IMG/VR virus record: IMGVR_UViG_3300044858_004828
DNA from: an uncultured virus (IMG/VR IMGVR_UViG_3300044858_004828)
Taxonomy: Duplodnaviria; Heunggongvirae; Uroviricota; Caudoviricetes
Direction: 5' to 3' (one strand)
DNA length: 20,000 nucleotides
Position numbers and translations under genes: made by a program. The notes beneath the pieces are model-generated. The model searched no databases and was not told the origin of the DNA. It worked only from the letters and a program-made list of their open reading frames with translations. Shown here one piece after another: positions 9,013 through 16,862 of this stretch. Position 1 is the first letter of the stretch; the number at the start of each line of letters is the position of its first letter.

Positions 9013-9472
9013 TATAATACTTACGATAAGCAACCACTGCGTTGCTATCCTTGTACTGGTCTGGCATAGCCTGTGCAAAAGGAGTAAGCTTTCCCTTTTT
9101 GATATTTGCTGGAGGATTGTACAATCCATCCATCAACATAGATTCCATTGCATGCACTTTTCCATATCTCGCAGTGTATTCCTTACACAAAGCATATGCA
9201 TGCTTCCAAAGCCAAAGATAGTTTGCTCTGGTCTCCCTTGCCCAAATAGTGCACGGGTGATTAATCATGGTTGCTTTGCAAATATTTTTTCTTGTGCAGA
9301 TACTGGTCTTGTACTTGCGCTTACCAGTATCAACAACAACTACATCACCATCAAGAACATGATGCGCAGTTGAAAGAAGCTGGCAAGACTCAAGAATCAT
9401 TTTGACAACGTGCTTATCACACATCATCTGTGCAGAAATCTCGGGCTGCTCATCCAAAACAAAAATATTCAT
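8912..9472 (-). CDS. pyrimidine dimer DNA glycosylase / endonuclease V-like protein
   Basis: Signature N-terminus 'MNIFVLD...MMCDKHVVKMILESCQLLST', 'NHPCTIWARE' and 'TPFAQAMPDQYK...AYRKYY'. Translationally coupled to guaC (ATGA overlap). Confidence 0.75.
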   Translation of the reverse strand: MNIFVLDEQPEISAQMMCDKHVVKMILESCQLLSTAHHVLDGDVVVVDTGKRKYKTSICTRKNICKATMINHPCTIWARETRANYLWLWKHAYALCKEYTARYGKVHAMESMLMDGLYNPPANIKKGKLTPFAQAMPDQYKDSNAVVAYRKYYINEKERFAKWKASSAPEWFLQRVSEVVEEELPF

Positions 9473-10503
9473 ACTTCGTGGTTCTCAAAAATGTTGTTAA
9501 TAGTGCGATTGACTTTAATCAGTTTACCATTCGAATACAGTTCAGGCAAGTTAAAAGCGCCAACATAAGAGCAAGCCGAGCGCAAACCACCAAAAATTTC
9601 CTGTATCGTATTTCGTACAGATCCGCGATAGGGTACTTCAACTGTTCTTCCTTCCGATGCTCTATAATCGGAAAGCCCGCCATTGTACTTTTCATTTGCA
9701 GTCTTGCTGCTCATGCCGTAGTGCAACATTCGGAGCTCTCCATGCTCACCATGTCTAATTTCACCACCACATTCATCGTGACCAGCAAATACGCCACCAG
9801 CCATAGCAAAAGCCGAACCAGCAACAAAAGATTTTGCAAAATCGCCGGGGTGCACTATTCCGCCGTCAGCAACGATCCCAATACCTAATGCTTCTGCTAT
9901 TTGCGCACACTCTAGCACCGCTGAGAGCTGGGGATACCCGACTCCCGCCACTCGCCGGGTCAGACACATCGACCCCGACCCGATTCCCACCTTTACGAGA
10001 TCTACGCCAACTAGTGACAATGCCTCTACCCCCTCTGGGGTCACGACATTCCCAGCAATTAGAATTGATTTCGGCCATTTTTCTCTAACCTTTCTTGTAA
10101 AATTATGAAACTCTGTCATGTAGCCATTTGCCACATCGACACAAACAAAAGTAGGGTCAGCAATACTTGCTGAATCTACAAACAATTTGCTCTCGGAATC
10201 CAAACCAAGAGTCAAAGAAACATATTTTTCTTTATCGGGATAAGTGGATGCAAAGCTTGAATAATAATTACCACCTTTTTTCAAGCAAGTTACAATTTTG
10301 TATTCTGACAATACACTTGCCATTTCATGCGTACCGACTGTAGACATATTTGCTGCCATCAGCGGAACACCTCTCCAAGTAACACCAGACTTAAAAGTTT
10401 TTTCAACTTCCAGTGAAACTTCTTTTCTGGATTTTACTTTAGAGGTAGATGGTACAATAAGTACGTCAGAATAATCAAGCTTAGGCTCGTAATTAACAAT
10501 CAT
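9469..10503 (-). CDS. guaC: GMP reductase
   Basis: 'KLDYSDVLIVP', 'GVPLMAANMSTVGT', 'CVDVANGY', 'KVGIGSGSMCLTRRVAGVGYPQLSAVLEC', 'YGMSSKTA', 'YRASEGRTVEVPYRG', 'GGLRSACSYVGA'. No CBS domains. Start moved to 10503 (MIVNYEPKL), which fits GuaC N-termini and the promoter geometry. Confidence 0.93.
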   Translation of the reverse strand: MIVNYEPKLDYSDVLIVPSTSKVKSRKEVSLEVEKTFKSGVTWRGVPLMAANMSTVGTHEMASVLSEYKIVTCLKKGGNYYSSFASTYPDKEKYVSLTLGLDSESKLFVDSASIADPTFVCVDVANGYMTEFHNFTRKVREKWPKSILIAGNVVTPEGVEALSLVGVDLVKVGIGSGSMCLTRRVAGVGYPQLSAVLECAQIAEALGIGIVADGGIVHPGDFAKSFVAGSAFAMAGGVFAGHDECGGEIRHGEHGELRMLHYGMSSKTANEKYNGGLSDYRASEGRTVEVPYRGSVRNTIQEIFGGLRSACSYVGAFNLPELYSNGKLIKVNRTINNIFENHEV

Positions 10504-10509
10504 GTCCAT

Positions 10510-10538
10510 AATATAACACTCCACAATCTTTATGTCAA
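10510..10538 (-). promoter_or_regulatory. sigma70-like promoter giving leaderless guaC mRNA
   Basis: TTGACA (10538-10533), 17 nt, TGtTATATT (-10 at 10515-10510), 6 nt, ATG (10503). Confidence 0.75.
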
Positions 10539-10721
10539 TTATCTCTTTTGATGGTTTTCAATCTTTTCGATTGCATCGCGCAGATTCAACATTTTTTGCG
10601 CGAGTTCTTTAGAACCAATCTTGTCCCGAAGATAGTCTTCATATTTCGAAAGTATAATCTTCGCTTCTCTGAAAAGAACCGCATGTAGATGATCAGTGCG
10701 TTTGGAATCATGATCGGCCAT
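10539..10721 (-). CDS. hypothetical protein (60 aa)
   Basis: ORF in a tightly packed minus-strand run. AATAAATA at 10735-10728 lies just upstream of the ATG. Confidence 0.6.
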   Translation of the reverse strand: MADHDSKRTDHLHAVLFREAKIILSKYEDYLRDKIGSKELAQKMLNLRDAIEKIENHQKR

Positions 10722-10730
10722 CAAATATAT

Positions 10731-11306
10731 TTATTCAAGTCCAATTGTGTCATCGCGGACGAATCTTATAGTTTTTGCCATGTAGAAAGATTTCCATTTC
10801 TGTTCATTCAGATCCCATATGCCGATTCTGTCACCGGGCATTGGTGAAAAAAAGCTTGATCTGGTTTGAAGTTCTTTCGTTGGCATGTAGCTTCTTTCCA
10901 ATGTTCCGTTGATTCTTCTTACATTATTTTTAGAATCCACGAAAACAATAGTGCACACTCCACTCAATGCTTCTAGGATAAGTTGATCCGGAGAAATGTG
11001 ATCCGATTTATATGTCGAATCTTCGGTATTGACTGACACATCCATCATATAATGGACATTAGGATCAAAAACCGCAATATTTGTTTGAATTTTCTTTTGC
11101 TGGAGATAATTTTCGTATGATCCGAAATTGTTTGCTATGTATTGTTGGAACAAGACATCTTGTTTTTGTAGTGAAGAGTATGTCTCTTGTTGCAATGCTG
11201 AACCCTGATATTTTCCACGATATGTTTTCTCAAAGGAAGTCTCCTCCATTCCTTTGAGAATTTCTTCGCTAAGAGCGTCATTGTAATCGGGTGTTTCTTC
11301 GGCCAT
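10731..11306 (-). CDS. protein with C-terminal WYL_2/SH3-like beta-barrel domain
   Basis: 'GVCTIVFVDSKNNVRRINGTL...IGIWDLNEQKWKSFYMAKTI' matches the T4-like WYL_2 (DUF2693) pattern from memory. Acidic N-terminal extension. Confidence 0.7.
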   Translation of the reverse strand: MAEETPDYNDALSEEILKGMEETSFEKTYRGKYQGSALQQETYSSLQKQDVLFQQYIANNFGSYENYLQQKKIQTNIAVFDPNVHYMMDVSVNTEDSTYKSDHISPDQLILEALSGVCTIVFVDSKNNVRRINGTLERSYMPTKELQTRSSFFSPMPGDRIGIWDLNEQKWKSFYMAKTIRFVRDDTIGLE

Positions 11307-11551
11307 CAGAATTTTACCATAAATTTGTCGTGTCTAGTTTCAACCTCTTTGTATTTCAAACTTCCTTCCCACACAAGCTCCATAAACTTTTGTGAAAGAA
11401 ATACGGGCATCTTTACATAGACATCATTAAAAGGTAATTTTTTATCTTCTAAAATTTTTAATATTAGATCTGAAAATTGATTTTTATAATCTTTCAAATC
11501 TGCCGAAATTACATAAGTCGTTCCGTAAATATTTTGAAATTTATGGATCAT
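11306..11551 (-). CDS. hypothetical protein (81 aa)
   Basis: ORF with a TGATG stop/start overlap with the next gene. Confidence 0.6.
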   Translation of the reverse strand: MIHKFQNIYGTTYVISADLKDYKNQFSDLILKILEDKKLPFNDVYVKMPVFLSQKFMELVWEGSLKYKEVETRHDKFMVKF

Positions 11552-11558
11552 TTATATT

Positions 11559-11753
11559 TTAACGAAATGTATCTTGTTTTGGCTTGAATCCCGACAAAAG
11601 ATTGCTTCTTAGATCTGGGGTCGGGGGTGTTCCCTGCTGTAGTGGTGCCATAGGAAGATCTTTGTTCACAAACAGAAGCGGAGACGGTTTATTCTTATGC
11701 TGATTGTGGACTGCACGAATTGTATCTTCCAAAGATTTTCTTTGATTTCTCAT
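11559..11753 (-). CDS. hypothetical late protein (64 aa, MRNQRKSLEDTIRAV...)
   Basis: Start reassigned to 11753, where SD GAGGAAG and a minus-strand TATAAATA (11784-11777) precede it. Confidence 0.6.
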   Translation of the reverse strand: MRNQRKSLEDTIRAVHNQHKNKPSPLLFVNKDLPMAPLQQGTPPTPDLRSNLLSGFKPKQDTFR

Positions 11754-11774
11754 GATTAAAACTTCCTCAACATT

Positions 11775-11790
11775 AATATTTATAAATATT
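11775..11790. promoter_or_regulatory. palindromic bidirectional T4-type late promoter
   Basis: Perfect 16-bp palindrome AATATTTATAAATATT containing TATAAATA on + (11781-11788) and - (11784-11777) between divergent genes. Confidence 0.75.
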
Positions 11791-11793
11791 TTC

Positions 11794-12159
11794 ATGAATT
11801 ATCTTACCAACTATTATAAGAATCTTTGTGAAGATTTGCAAGCAAAAATTGATTTGCTTGAAGCTGGATTAAAGAAAGCTATGAAAACTAAAGACCCAGA
11901 ACTTCTCAAAAAGGAAGAATTAAAGGCAGGAGAAAGATGGGAAAGAGCACAAGAAGTAGCTCGCACAGAAGCTGCCAAATCTTTAGAGGCTACAAGAAGA
12001 TTTGGTGCAACTAGTAAAGAGGCAGTTGTACCAGCATTCAAATCAGAAATTGCAAGAGGCAAGGCAGAGAGAGTTATGAAAAATATTATTGATATCGACC
12101 AACAACTAGATGTCGAATCACCGGAAAGAACAATGCACGTCACCCCACAACAATACTGA
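11794..12159 (+). CDS. leader-family protein 1 (121 aa), candidate capsid-internal protein
   Basis: Starts MNYLTNYYKNLCEDLQAKIDLLEA, 5 nt after TATAAATA. Charged helical body. Confidence 0.8.
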   Translation: MNYLTNYYKNLCEDLQAKIDLLEAGLKKAMKTKDPELLKKEELKAGERWERAQEVARTEAAKSLEATRRFGATSKEAVVPAFKSEIARGKAERVMKNIIDIDQQLDVESPERTMHVTPQQY

Positions 12160-12165
12160 GAAAAA

Positions 12166-12753
12166 ATGAATTACCTAACAAACTATTATAGAAATCTTTG
12201 CGAACAACTTCAAGAAAAAATAAACATTTTGGAAGCACGCATTCGCAGCCCCCAAGAAATGTACCAAATCGGTTCTGCCGAAATGCAAGGACAAACCGAA
12301 CCAACAGCAGTAAATTCTGGTTATTCTCCATGGGCAAGAAGAGCCGAAAGAAGACAAGCTTTAATCAATAATGCCATGGCGCAAATGGGTGATGTTGCCA
12401 TGACGGGAGATGTGGAAACCGCCAGACAAGTTGGAGATGTTATGGCAGATATAGCCAAAACCGGTGAGAAGGTAGCCGGGGGACCTCAGTTTGGCCCACC
12501 CGATGAAGAATTTGTAGGAGTGGATCCTACGCGGGATGAGATGGGGTTTGAAATCAAACCAATTGACCATGGGAATAGCGAAAGAGAAGCAGCAGAAGTG
12601 GCCCGTAAAGCAAGGGAATCTGGAAAGGCCGTAGTAGTTCCTGCCGACATTGCCGCCATGAGAAAATTTATTCAAATGGGAAGAGGTCGGTATCAGGCAC
12701 CATTCCCCCAACCGCCCACGACCCCACATCATAGTTCAAACGCCACTTACTAA
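12166..12753 (+). CDS. leader-family protein 2 (195 aa)
   Basis: Starts MNYLTNYYRNLCEQLQEKINILEA-RIRSPQE. Confidence 0.8.
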   Translation: MNYLTNYYRNLCEQLQEKINILEARIRSPQEMYQIGSAEMQGQTEPTAVNSGYSPWARRAERRQALINNAMAQMGDVAMTGDVETARQVGDVMADIAKTGEKVAGGPQFGPPDEEFVGVDPTRDEMGFEIKPIDHGNSEREAAEVARKARESGKAVVVPADIAAMRKFIQMGRGRYQAPFPQPPTTPHHSSNATY

Positions 12754-12766
12754 GAAAGAATATTTT

Positions 12767-14215
12767 ATGAATTATCTAACAAACTACTATAAAAATCTTT
12801 GCGAACAAAGACAAGAACAAATAAAAGTTTTGGAAGAAAATCTTTTACGCAGAGGACTTCAAGGACTTGGTAATGCTATTGCAGGCGGAATTATTGGCTA
12901 TGATAAAGCCAAAAATAAATTAGGTGGGGTGGTTGACGAAATCGGAAAAGGAATTGCTGGAGCAGGCCAAGCAGTGAGTGGTTGGGGTGGAAAAAAGCAA
13001 GAAGAAGCCCAAGATCGATTAGAAAGATCCAAGAAATGGGATCCAAAAGAAATCCAAAAAAGACAGCACGAAAAAGCAATAACAGATTGGATGCAGGGTG
13101 GGGGAAGCGATAACGATCCTCAAAGAAATAATATTATTAGAGTCTTGGAAGATGCTGCCAAACATGTGGAGGGCTTTAGATCACAAGCAAGATGGAATGC
13201 TTATGAGGGTGCAAGAGCAAAACATCCAACCAAAGAACCAAAACAAAGGAAAAAACCATATACAGCGGATGAATTTGCAAAATTAGATGCCGATAACGCT
13301 AAAATAGATCAAAAAAGAAGAAAACTTATTGATGCTGAGGTTGCTGATTTTGATGGAAAACATGCAGCAAATCTTACATTGGGTTTTATTGCTGCTGAAT
13401 TGTCCAGAAATTCAGCAAGAATTAATGATGACGAAGCAGAGCACAAAAAAATATTTGGAACCCGAAAAAATCCATATACAGGAGAAGAGGAAGTTCGTGC
13501 TGGCAGAGAGCAACATTCCGGTGGCCACCATGTAGGTCACATAAGAAATGATCCTTACGGTAAACAGTTGAATCCGGCAGAACATTCTGATGTTAGTGCA
13601 TATAGAAAATGGTACGAAGGTGGAGGTCACAGAATTCAAGACGCTATTCATCCTGATGAATTATTTGGTCATCACACGGCTCACGTTGATAGAGAATTTG
13701 AAATTCATATTCCACATTCTGGTCTTAGAGCGGCCAACCAACGAAATCAAAAAGCATTTGAATCTGCCGTTCAACGATCAAGAGAATTAATGGCAATACC
13801 AGATCCATTTGAAGGACAAATTTCAGCAAGTGGAGGACTAAAAACGGCCACCTTACGTCCAGCATTTGAAAGTTATTCAGGACCTAGAAATAAATTCTTG
13901 AACGACAAGATTAATAGATTAATTGAAGCTAGAAATGTAAGATCGGAAGAAATGTCAAAGTTGGAAGATGTAATAGATCGCGGGTCACACTATGGTATGA
14001 AACAAATATACGATCTTAGCCGACATCCAAAAATTACAGATACACACAAAGCTAGACTAAGTGAATTGGACGAATTGTTGTCAAGTTTTTCAGGTGTATT
14101 GGGTCTATCAGACGTTAGTGAAGAAGACCTTCGTGGAATACATTCCGATCTCAGAGATACCGTAAAAGAAATTCATAGTATTAGAGATTCTTTAACAACT
14201 CCAAAAAACAAATAA
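12767..14215 (+). CDS. leader-family protein 3 (482 aa)
   Basis: Starts MNYLTNYYKNLCEQRQEQIKVLEE. Hydrophilic, with a His-rich middle and an internal 'KINRLIEARNVRSEE'. Confidence 0.8.
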   Translation: MNYLTNYYKNLCEQRQEQIKVLEENLLRRGLQGLGNAIAGGIIGYDKAKNKLGGVVDEIGKGIAGAGQAVSGWGGKKQEEAQDRLERSKKWDPKEIQKRQHEKAITDWMQGGGSDNDPQRNNIIRVLEDAAKHVEGFRSQARWNAYEGARAKHPTKEPKQRKKPYTADEFAKLDADNAKIDQKRRKLIDAEVADFDGKHAANLTLGFIAAELSRNSARINDDEAEHKKIFGTRKNPYTGEEEVRAGREQHSGGHHVGHIRNDPYGKQLNPAEHSDVSAYRKWYEGGGHRIQDAIHPDELFGHHTAHVDREFEIHIPHSGLRAANQRNQKAFESAVQRSRELMAIPDPFEGQISASGGLKTATLRPAFESYSGPRNKFLNDKINRLIEARNVRSEEMSKLEDVIDRGSHYGMKQIYDLSRHPKITDTHKARLSELDELLSSFSGVLGLSDVSEEDLRGIHSDLRDTVKEIHSIRDSLTTPKNK

Positions 14216-14219
14216 AAAC

Positions 14220-14227
14220 TATAAATA
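14220..14227 (+). promoter_or_regulatory. T4-type late promoter TATAAATA
   Basis: Exact consensus, followed by SD AAGGA and ATG at 14247. Confidence 0.7.
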
Positions 14228-14246
14228 ACCTCATCAAGGAAAAAAA

Positions 14247-14714
14247 ATGGATTACTTGACAAAATATTACAAAAATTTATCCGAACAACTTCAAGAACAA
14301 ATTAATATTCTTGAGGCAAAAATTCGTTCTCCCCAAGAAATAATAGCAGCAGCTAAAGGCAACCCCGCCTTAGAAGCTGGGGCTAGAAAAAGAGCAGGTG
14401 AACGTGCAGATCTTATAGACTTTTTAAAAGGAAATATATCGAATAAAACAGATCCTCAAGTAGATAGAGCTACAGCATTGAGAGTTTTACAAGATATTGT
14501 AAAGGATGGGCAAATAGATGATGTTGAAGATGATTTATTAAATGGGATATACGGCTCTACAGATAGACCAAGTACAACAGATGATTTAAAACATATTGCA
14601 TCAACAGCCCGCAGAGATTTTTATACGGGTTCAGATAAACCCGAAGAAATCAAACTTGATGATGCTAGAGAAAAAACTTATCAAAAAATTAATGCTGGAA
14701 GAAAAATACGTTAA
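14247..14714 (+). CDS. leader-family protein 4 (155 aa)
   Basis: Starts MDYLTKYYKNLSEQLQEQINILEA-KIRSPQE. Confidence 0.8.
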   Translation: MDYLTKYYKNLSEQLQEQINILEAKIRSPQEIIAAAKGNPALEAGARKRAGERADLIDFLKGNISNKTDPQVDRATALRVLQDIVKDGQIDDVEDDLLNGIYGSTDRPSTTDDLKHIASTARRDFYTGSDKPEEIKLDDAREKTYQKINAGRKIR

Positions 14715-14767
14715 AACAAATAAAAAGGGAATGCAAAAAGCTTTTTATTCGTAATAAGACTTTTACT

Positions 14768-14775
14768 TATAAATA
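14768..14775 (+). promoter_or_regulatory. T4-type late promoter TATAAATA
   Basis: Exact consensus 5 nt before ATG 14781. No SD. Confidence 0.7.
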
Positions 14776-14780
14776 ATTTT

Positions 14781-15227
14781 ATGAAAAAGTTTAAAAAATT
14801 CTTAACAGAATCATACTATTCAGAATTTGATTCTAAATCAAAATCTTCTAAAAAATATCCAGTTCAAGCATACGGAAACGGTGCACCAGCACCAATGGCT
14901 CCAAAACAACCTGAAGCCGGAAATATTGGCAATACACGGCAACCAAACGATGCAGAACAAGCAAGAATCGCAGAAAGAACAAGACGATTTCCTCATCTGG
15001 GACCCGGCTATCATTCACACGAAGAGCACCTAGCTGCTTTTAATGCAAGCCCAGACGCCGCTGCAATGCAACACTGGGATATCACCCCTGACAACATTCA
15101 TTTGGCAACTCCTTATGAAATACAAAGTGCACACGACAGTCTAAGTATAGAAATAGACAGCGATTGGGATAATCCAAATAAAAAAGATTTGGAAAAACTT
15201 GAATTCCTTGGAAAACACTTAAGATAA
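14781..15227 (+). CDS. hypothetical late protein with T4 internal-protein-like N-terminus (MKKFKKFLTE)
   Basis: The 10-aa N-terminus resembles the T4 IP capsid targeting sequence (MKTYQEFIAE type). Late promoter upstream and terminator downstream. Confidence 0.75.
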   Translation: MKKFKKFLTESYYSEFDSKSKSSKKYPVQAYGNGAPAPMAPKQPEAGNIGNTRQPNDAEQARIAERTRRFPHLGPGYHSHEEHLAAFNASPDAAAMQHWDITPDNIHLATPYEIQSAHDSLSIEIDSDWDNPNKKDLEKLEFLGKHLR

Positions 15228-15250
15228 TAAAATAACTTAAAAATTAATTA

Positions 15251-15286
15251 AATATGGGAGCCCAAAAAAGGCTCCCATATTTTTTT
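15251..15286 (+). terminator. intrinsic terminator
   Basis: AATATGGGAGCC-CAAAAAA-GGCTCCCATATT followed by a T run. Confidence 0.85.
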
Positions 15287-15318
15287 CGCTTCGGGGGTTT
15301 TTGTGCTACACTCTCTGC

Positions 15319-15690
15319 ATGCCACTCTCACTATTCGAAGAAGACAACATTACTCAGACTCCTCAAAAAACTTCAACCAAAATAAAGAGAACTCGCCGGG
15401 TCAATGATGTAAAGAAAACCTACAAGGCTATCCGGAGGCAGAGTAAGTGCATCGACTGTGGATGGAAGAGAATTCCAGCAGTATTGGAATTTCACCATCT
15501 AGAAGAGGGTGGCCGAGAACCGACACGGACTCGTAGAAGTCGCACAGTCCAGCCGCATACCCACAAAACCGTTGAAAAGATGGAAGAAGAAATGACAAAG
15601 GGCGATTTTCTGTGCCCGACCTGCCACAAGTGCCGTCATTACAACGAGGAGCTGGATATATTGGATACGGCAAACAAAAATTTGAGATAA
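15319..15690 (+). CDS. HNH endonuclease (Zn-binding, free-standing)
   Basis: 'CIDCG...VLEFHHL...KGDFLCPTCHKCRH'. Start set at ATG 15319, 6 nt after the extended -10 TGcTACACT (15304-15312). Confidence 0.75.
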   Translation: MPLSLFEEDNITQTPQKTSTKIKRTRRVNDVKKTYKAIRRQSKCIDCGWKRIPAVLEFHHLEEGGREPTRTRRSRTVQPHTHKTVEKMEEEMTKGDFLCPTCHKCRHYNEELDILDTANKNLR

Positions 15691-15701
15691 TAAATAATCT
15701 C

Positions 15702-16652
15702 ATGGACTACTTATCAAATTATTACAAAAATCTTTGCGAAGAACTTCAAGAAAAAATCAATTTAATTGAAGCAGAATTATCTAAAAAAACAAAAGATGAT
15801 AGCAAAGCTTTATTGGATGCTATTGCAAAAATGGATGCAGATCGTGCTGCCAGACAAGCTAAAGTAAATCCAACAACTGGAAAGAGTTATTTGGATGTTG
15901 CCAATCAAGCAACAAAAGATTCTTTGGCAAGAGCAGCTTCCAGAGAAAATTATGATGAACTTGCAAAAACTGCACCAAATCTTGCTGCGAGAGCAAGATT
16001 TAATAGCCAATCAATTGCTAGAAGTGGAACACCGGGAGCAGCAAGCGGGGTAGCGGGCCAAGGTGGATCTACACGTTATTCAGATATAAATGCTATGTCC
16101 ACATTGTCTGCAGAAGATCAGGCAAGAGTCGCCCCAACTCTGAGCACCAAAAGACTAGAAGACATGCGAGCCGCACAATATTCAAATAGCCAAGATGCAG
16201 TTAGACAAGGAAGAGGAGGTGCTGCTTTGGGAGCTTCAAAGGTAAGTGCTCTCAATACAATCAATTCCACTATTGATTCTAGAAAAAACAATGCAATGGG
16301 TGGTAAGGCTGCAGCTGGTAGTTTTGCCAGAAGTTGGCAAGAAGATCCAACAAGTCTTAGAACACAAAAAAGCATGGCTGTAAGAACAGGTAGAGAAAAA
16401 TTGGCAATGATTGATGCGTTGTATCAAGAAGGTATGAAGCAATTCAAAGAAAAAGGAAAATTGAGCCAAGGTCACATTGATGCGGTCAATCAATTTTCAA
16501 AATTTGGTTCCAAACCAAAGATGCCTCTTCCAGCTCCGGAAGAAAAAGAGACAATGATTCCAATGTCTCTAAAAGGTCTAAGAGATGAAATTTCTTTCAA
16601 TAAGAAACAGTACGGGCTAATACCCCCGACAAGAAAAGACCTAAGATCCTAA
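15702..16652 (+). CDS. leader-family protein 5 (316 aa), Ala/Gly/Ser-rich
   Basis: Starts MDYLSNYYKNLCEELQEKINLIEA, 5 nt after the late-like AATAAATA (15689-15696). Confidence 0.8.
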   Translation: MDYLSNYYKNLCEELQEKINLIEAELSKKTKDDSKALLDAIAKMDADRAARQAKVNPTTGKSYLDVANQATKDSLARAASRENYDELAKTAPNLAARARFNSQSIARSGTPGAASGVAGQGGSTRYSDINAMSTLSAEDQARVAPTLSTKRLEDMRAAQYSNSQDAVRQGRGGAALGASKVSALNTINSTIDSRKNNAMGGKAAAGSFARSWQEDPTSLRTQKSMAVRTGREKLAMIDALYQEGMKQFKEKGKLSQGHIDAVNQFSKFGSKPKMPLPAPEEKETMIPMSLKGLRDEISFNKKQYGLIPPTRKDLRS

Positions 16653-16660
16653 AAGAATAA

Positions 16661-16689
16661 GGGACCCGTAAAAGGGTCCCAAATTTTTT
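16661..16689 (+). terminator. probable intrinsic terminator
   Basis: GGGACCC-GTAAAA-GGGTCCC then AAATTTTTT, 8 nt after the stop codon. Confidence 0.65.
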
Positions 16690-16760
16690 GCTGAACCGAT
16701 TTTAAAAGCCTCTTCTTAGTTCCACAATGAACAGGGAGAGGCTTTAATCCATTCAATGGG

Positions 16761-16862
16761 TCAGAGAGCCAACCAGAGAACCAAAGCTGCTACGACGACT
16801 CCTGCAACGATCCATTGAACCTTAGTAACCTTACTCAAAGCATTTTTAATTTTTGTTAGCAT
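16761..16862 (-). CDS. 33-aa single-pass membrane microprotein (not in the ORF track)
   Basis: Hand translation gives MLTKIKNALSKVTKVQWIVAGVVVAALVLWLAL*. SD AAAGGA and late-like CTAAATA (16886-16880) upstream; hairpin 16705-16745 downstream. Confidence 0.7.
   Translation of the reverse strand: MLTKIKNALSKVTKVQWIVAGVVVAALVLWLAL

Noticed and set aside
9469..10524. IMP dehydrogenase (guaB) call and the longer start at 10524
   Set aside because: Length, absence of CBS domains and the AANM/VANGY/YRASEGRTV motifs fit GuaC. The longer start lies inside the promoter spacer.
11794..15775. Repeated ~70-bp sequences considered as a CRISPR array or DGR template/variable repeats
   Set aside because: The copies are in-frame gene starts differing largely at synonymous sites and are irregularly spaced. 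No cas or reverse transcriptase gene is present in the window.
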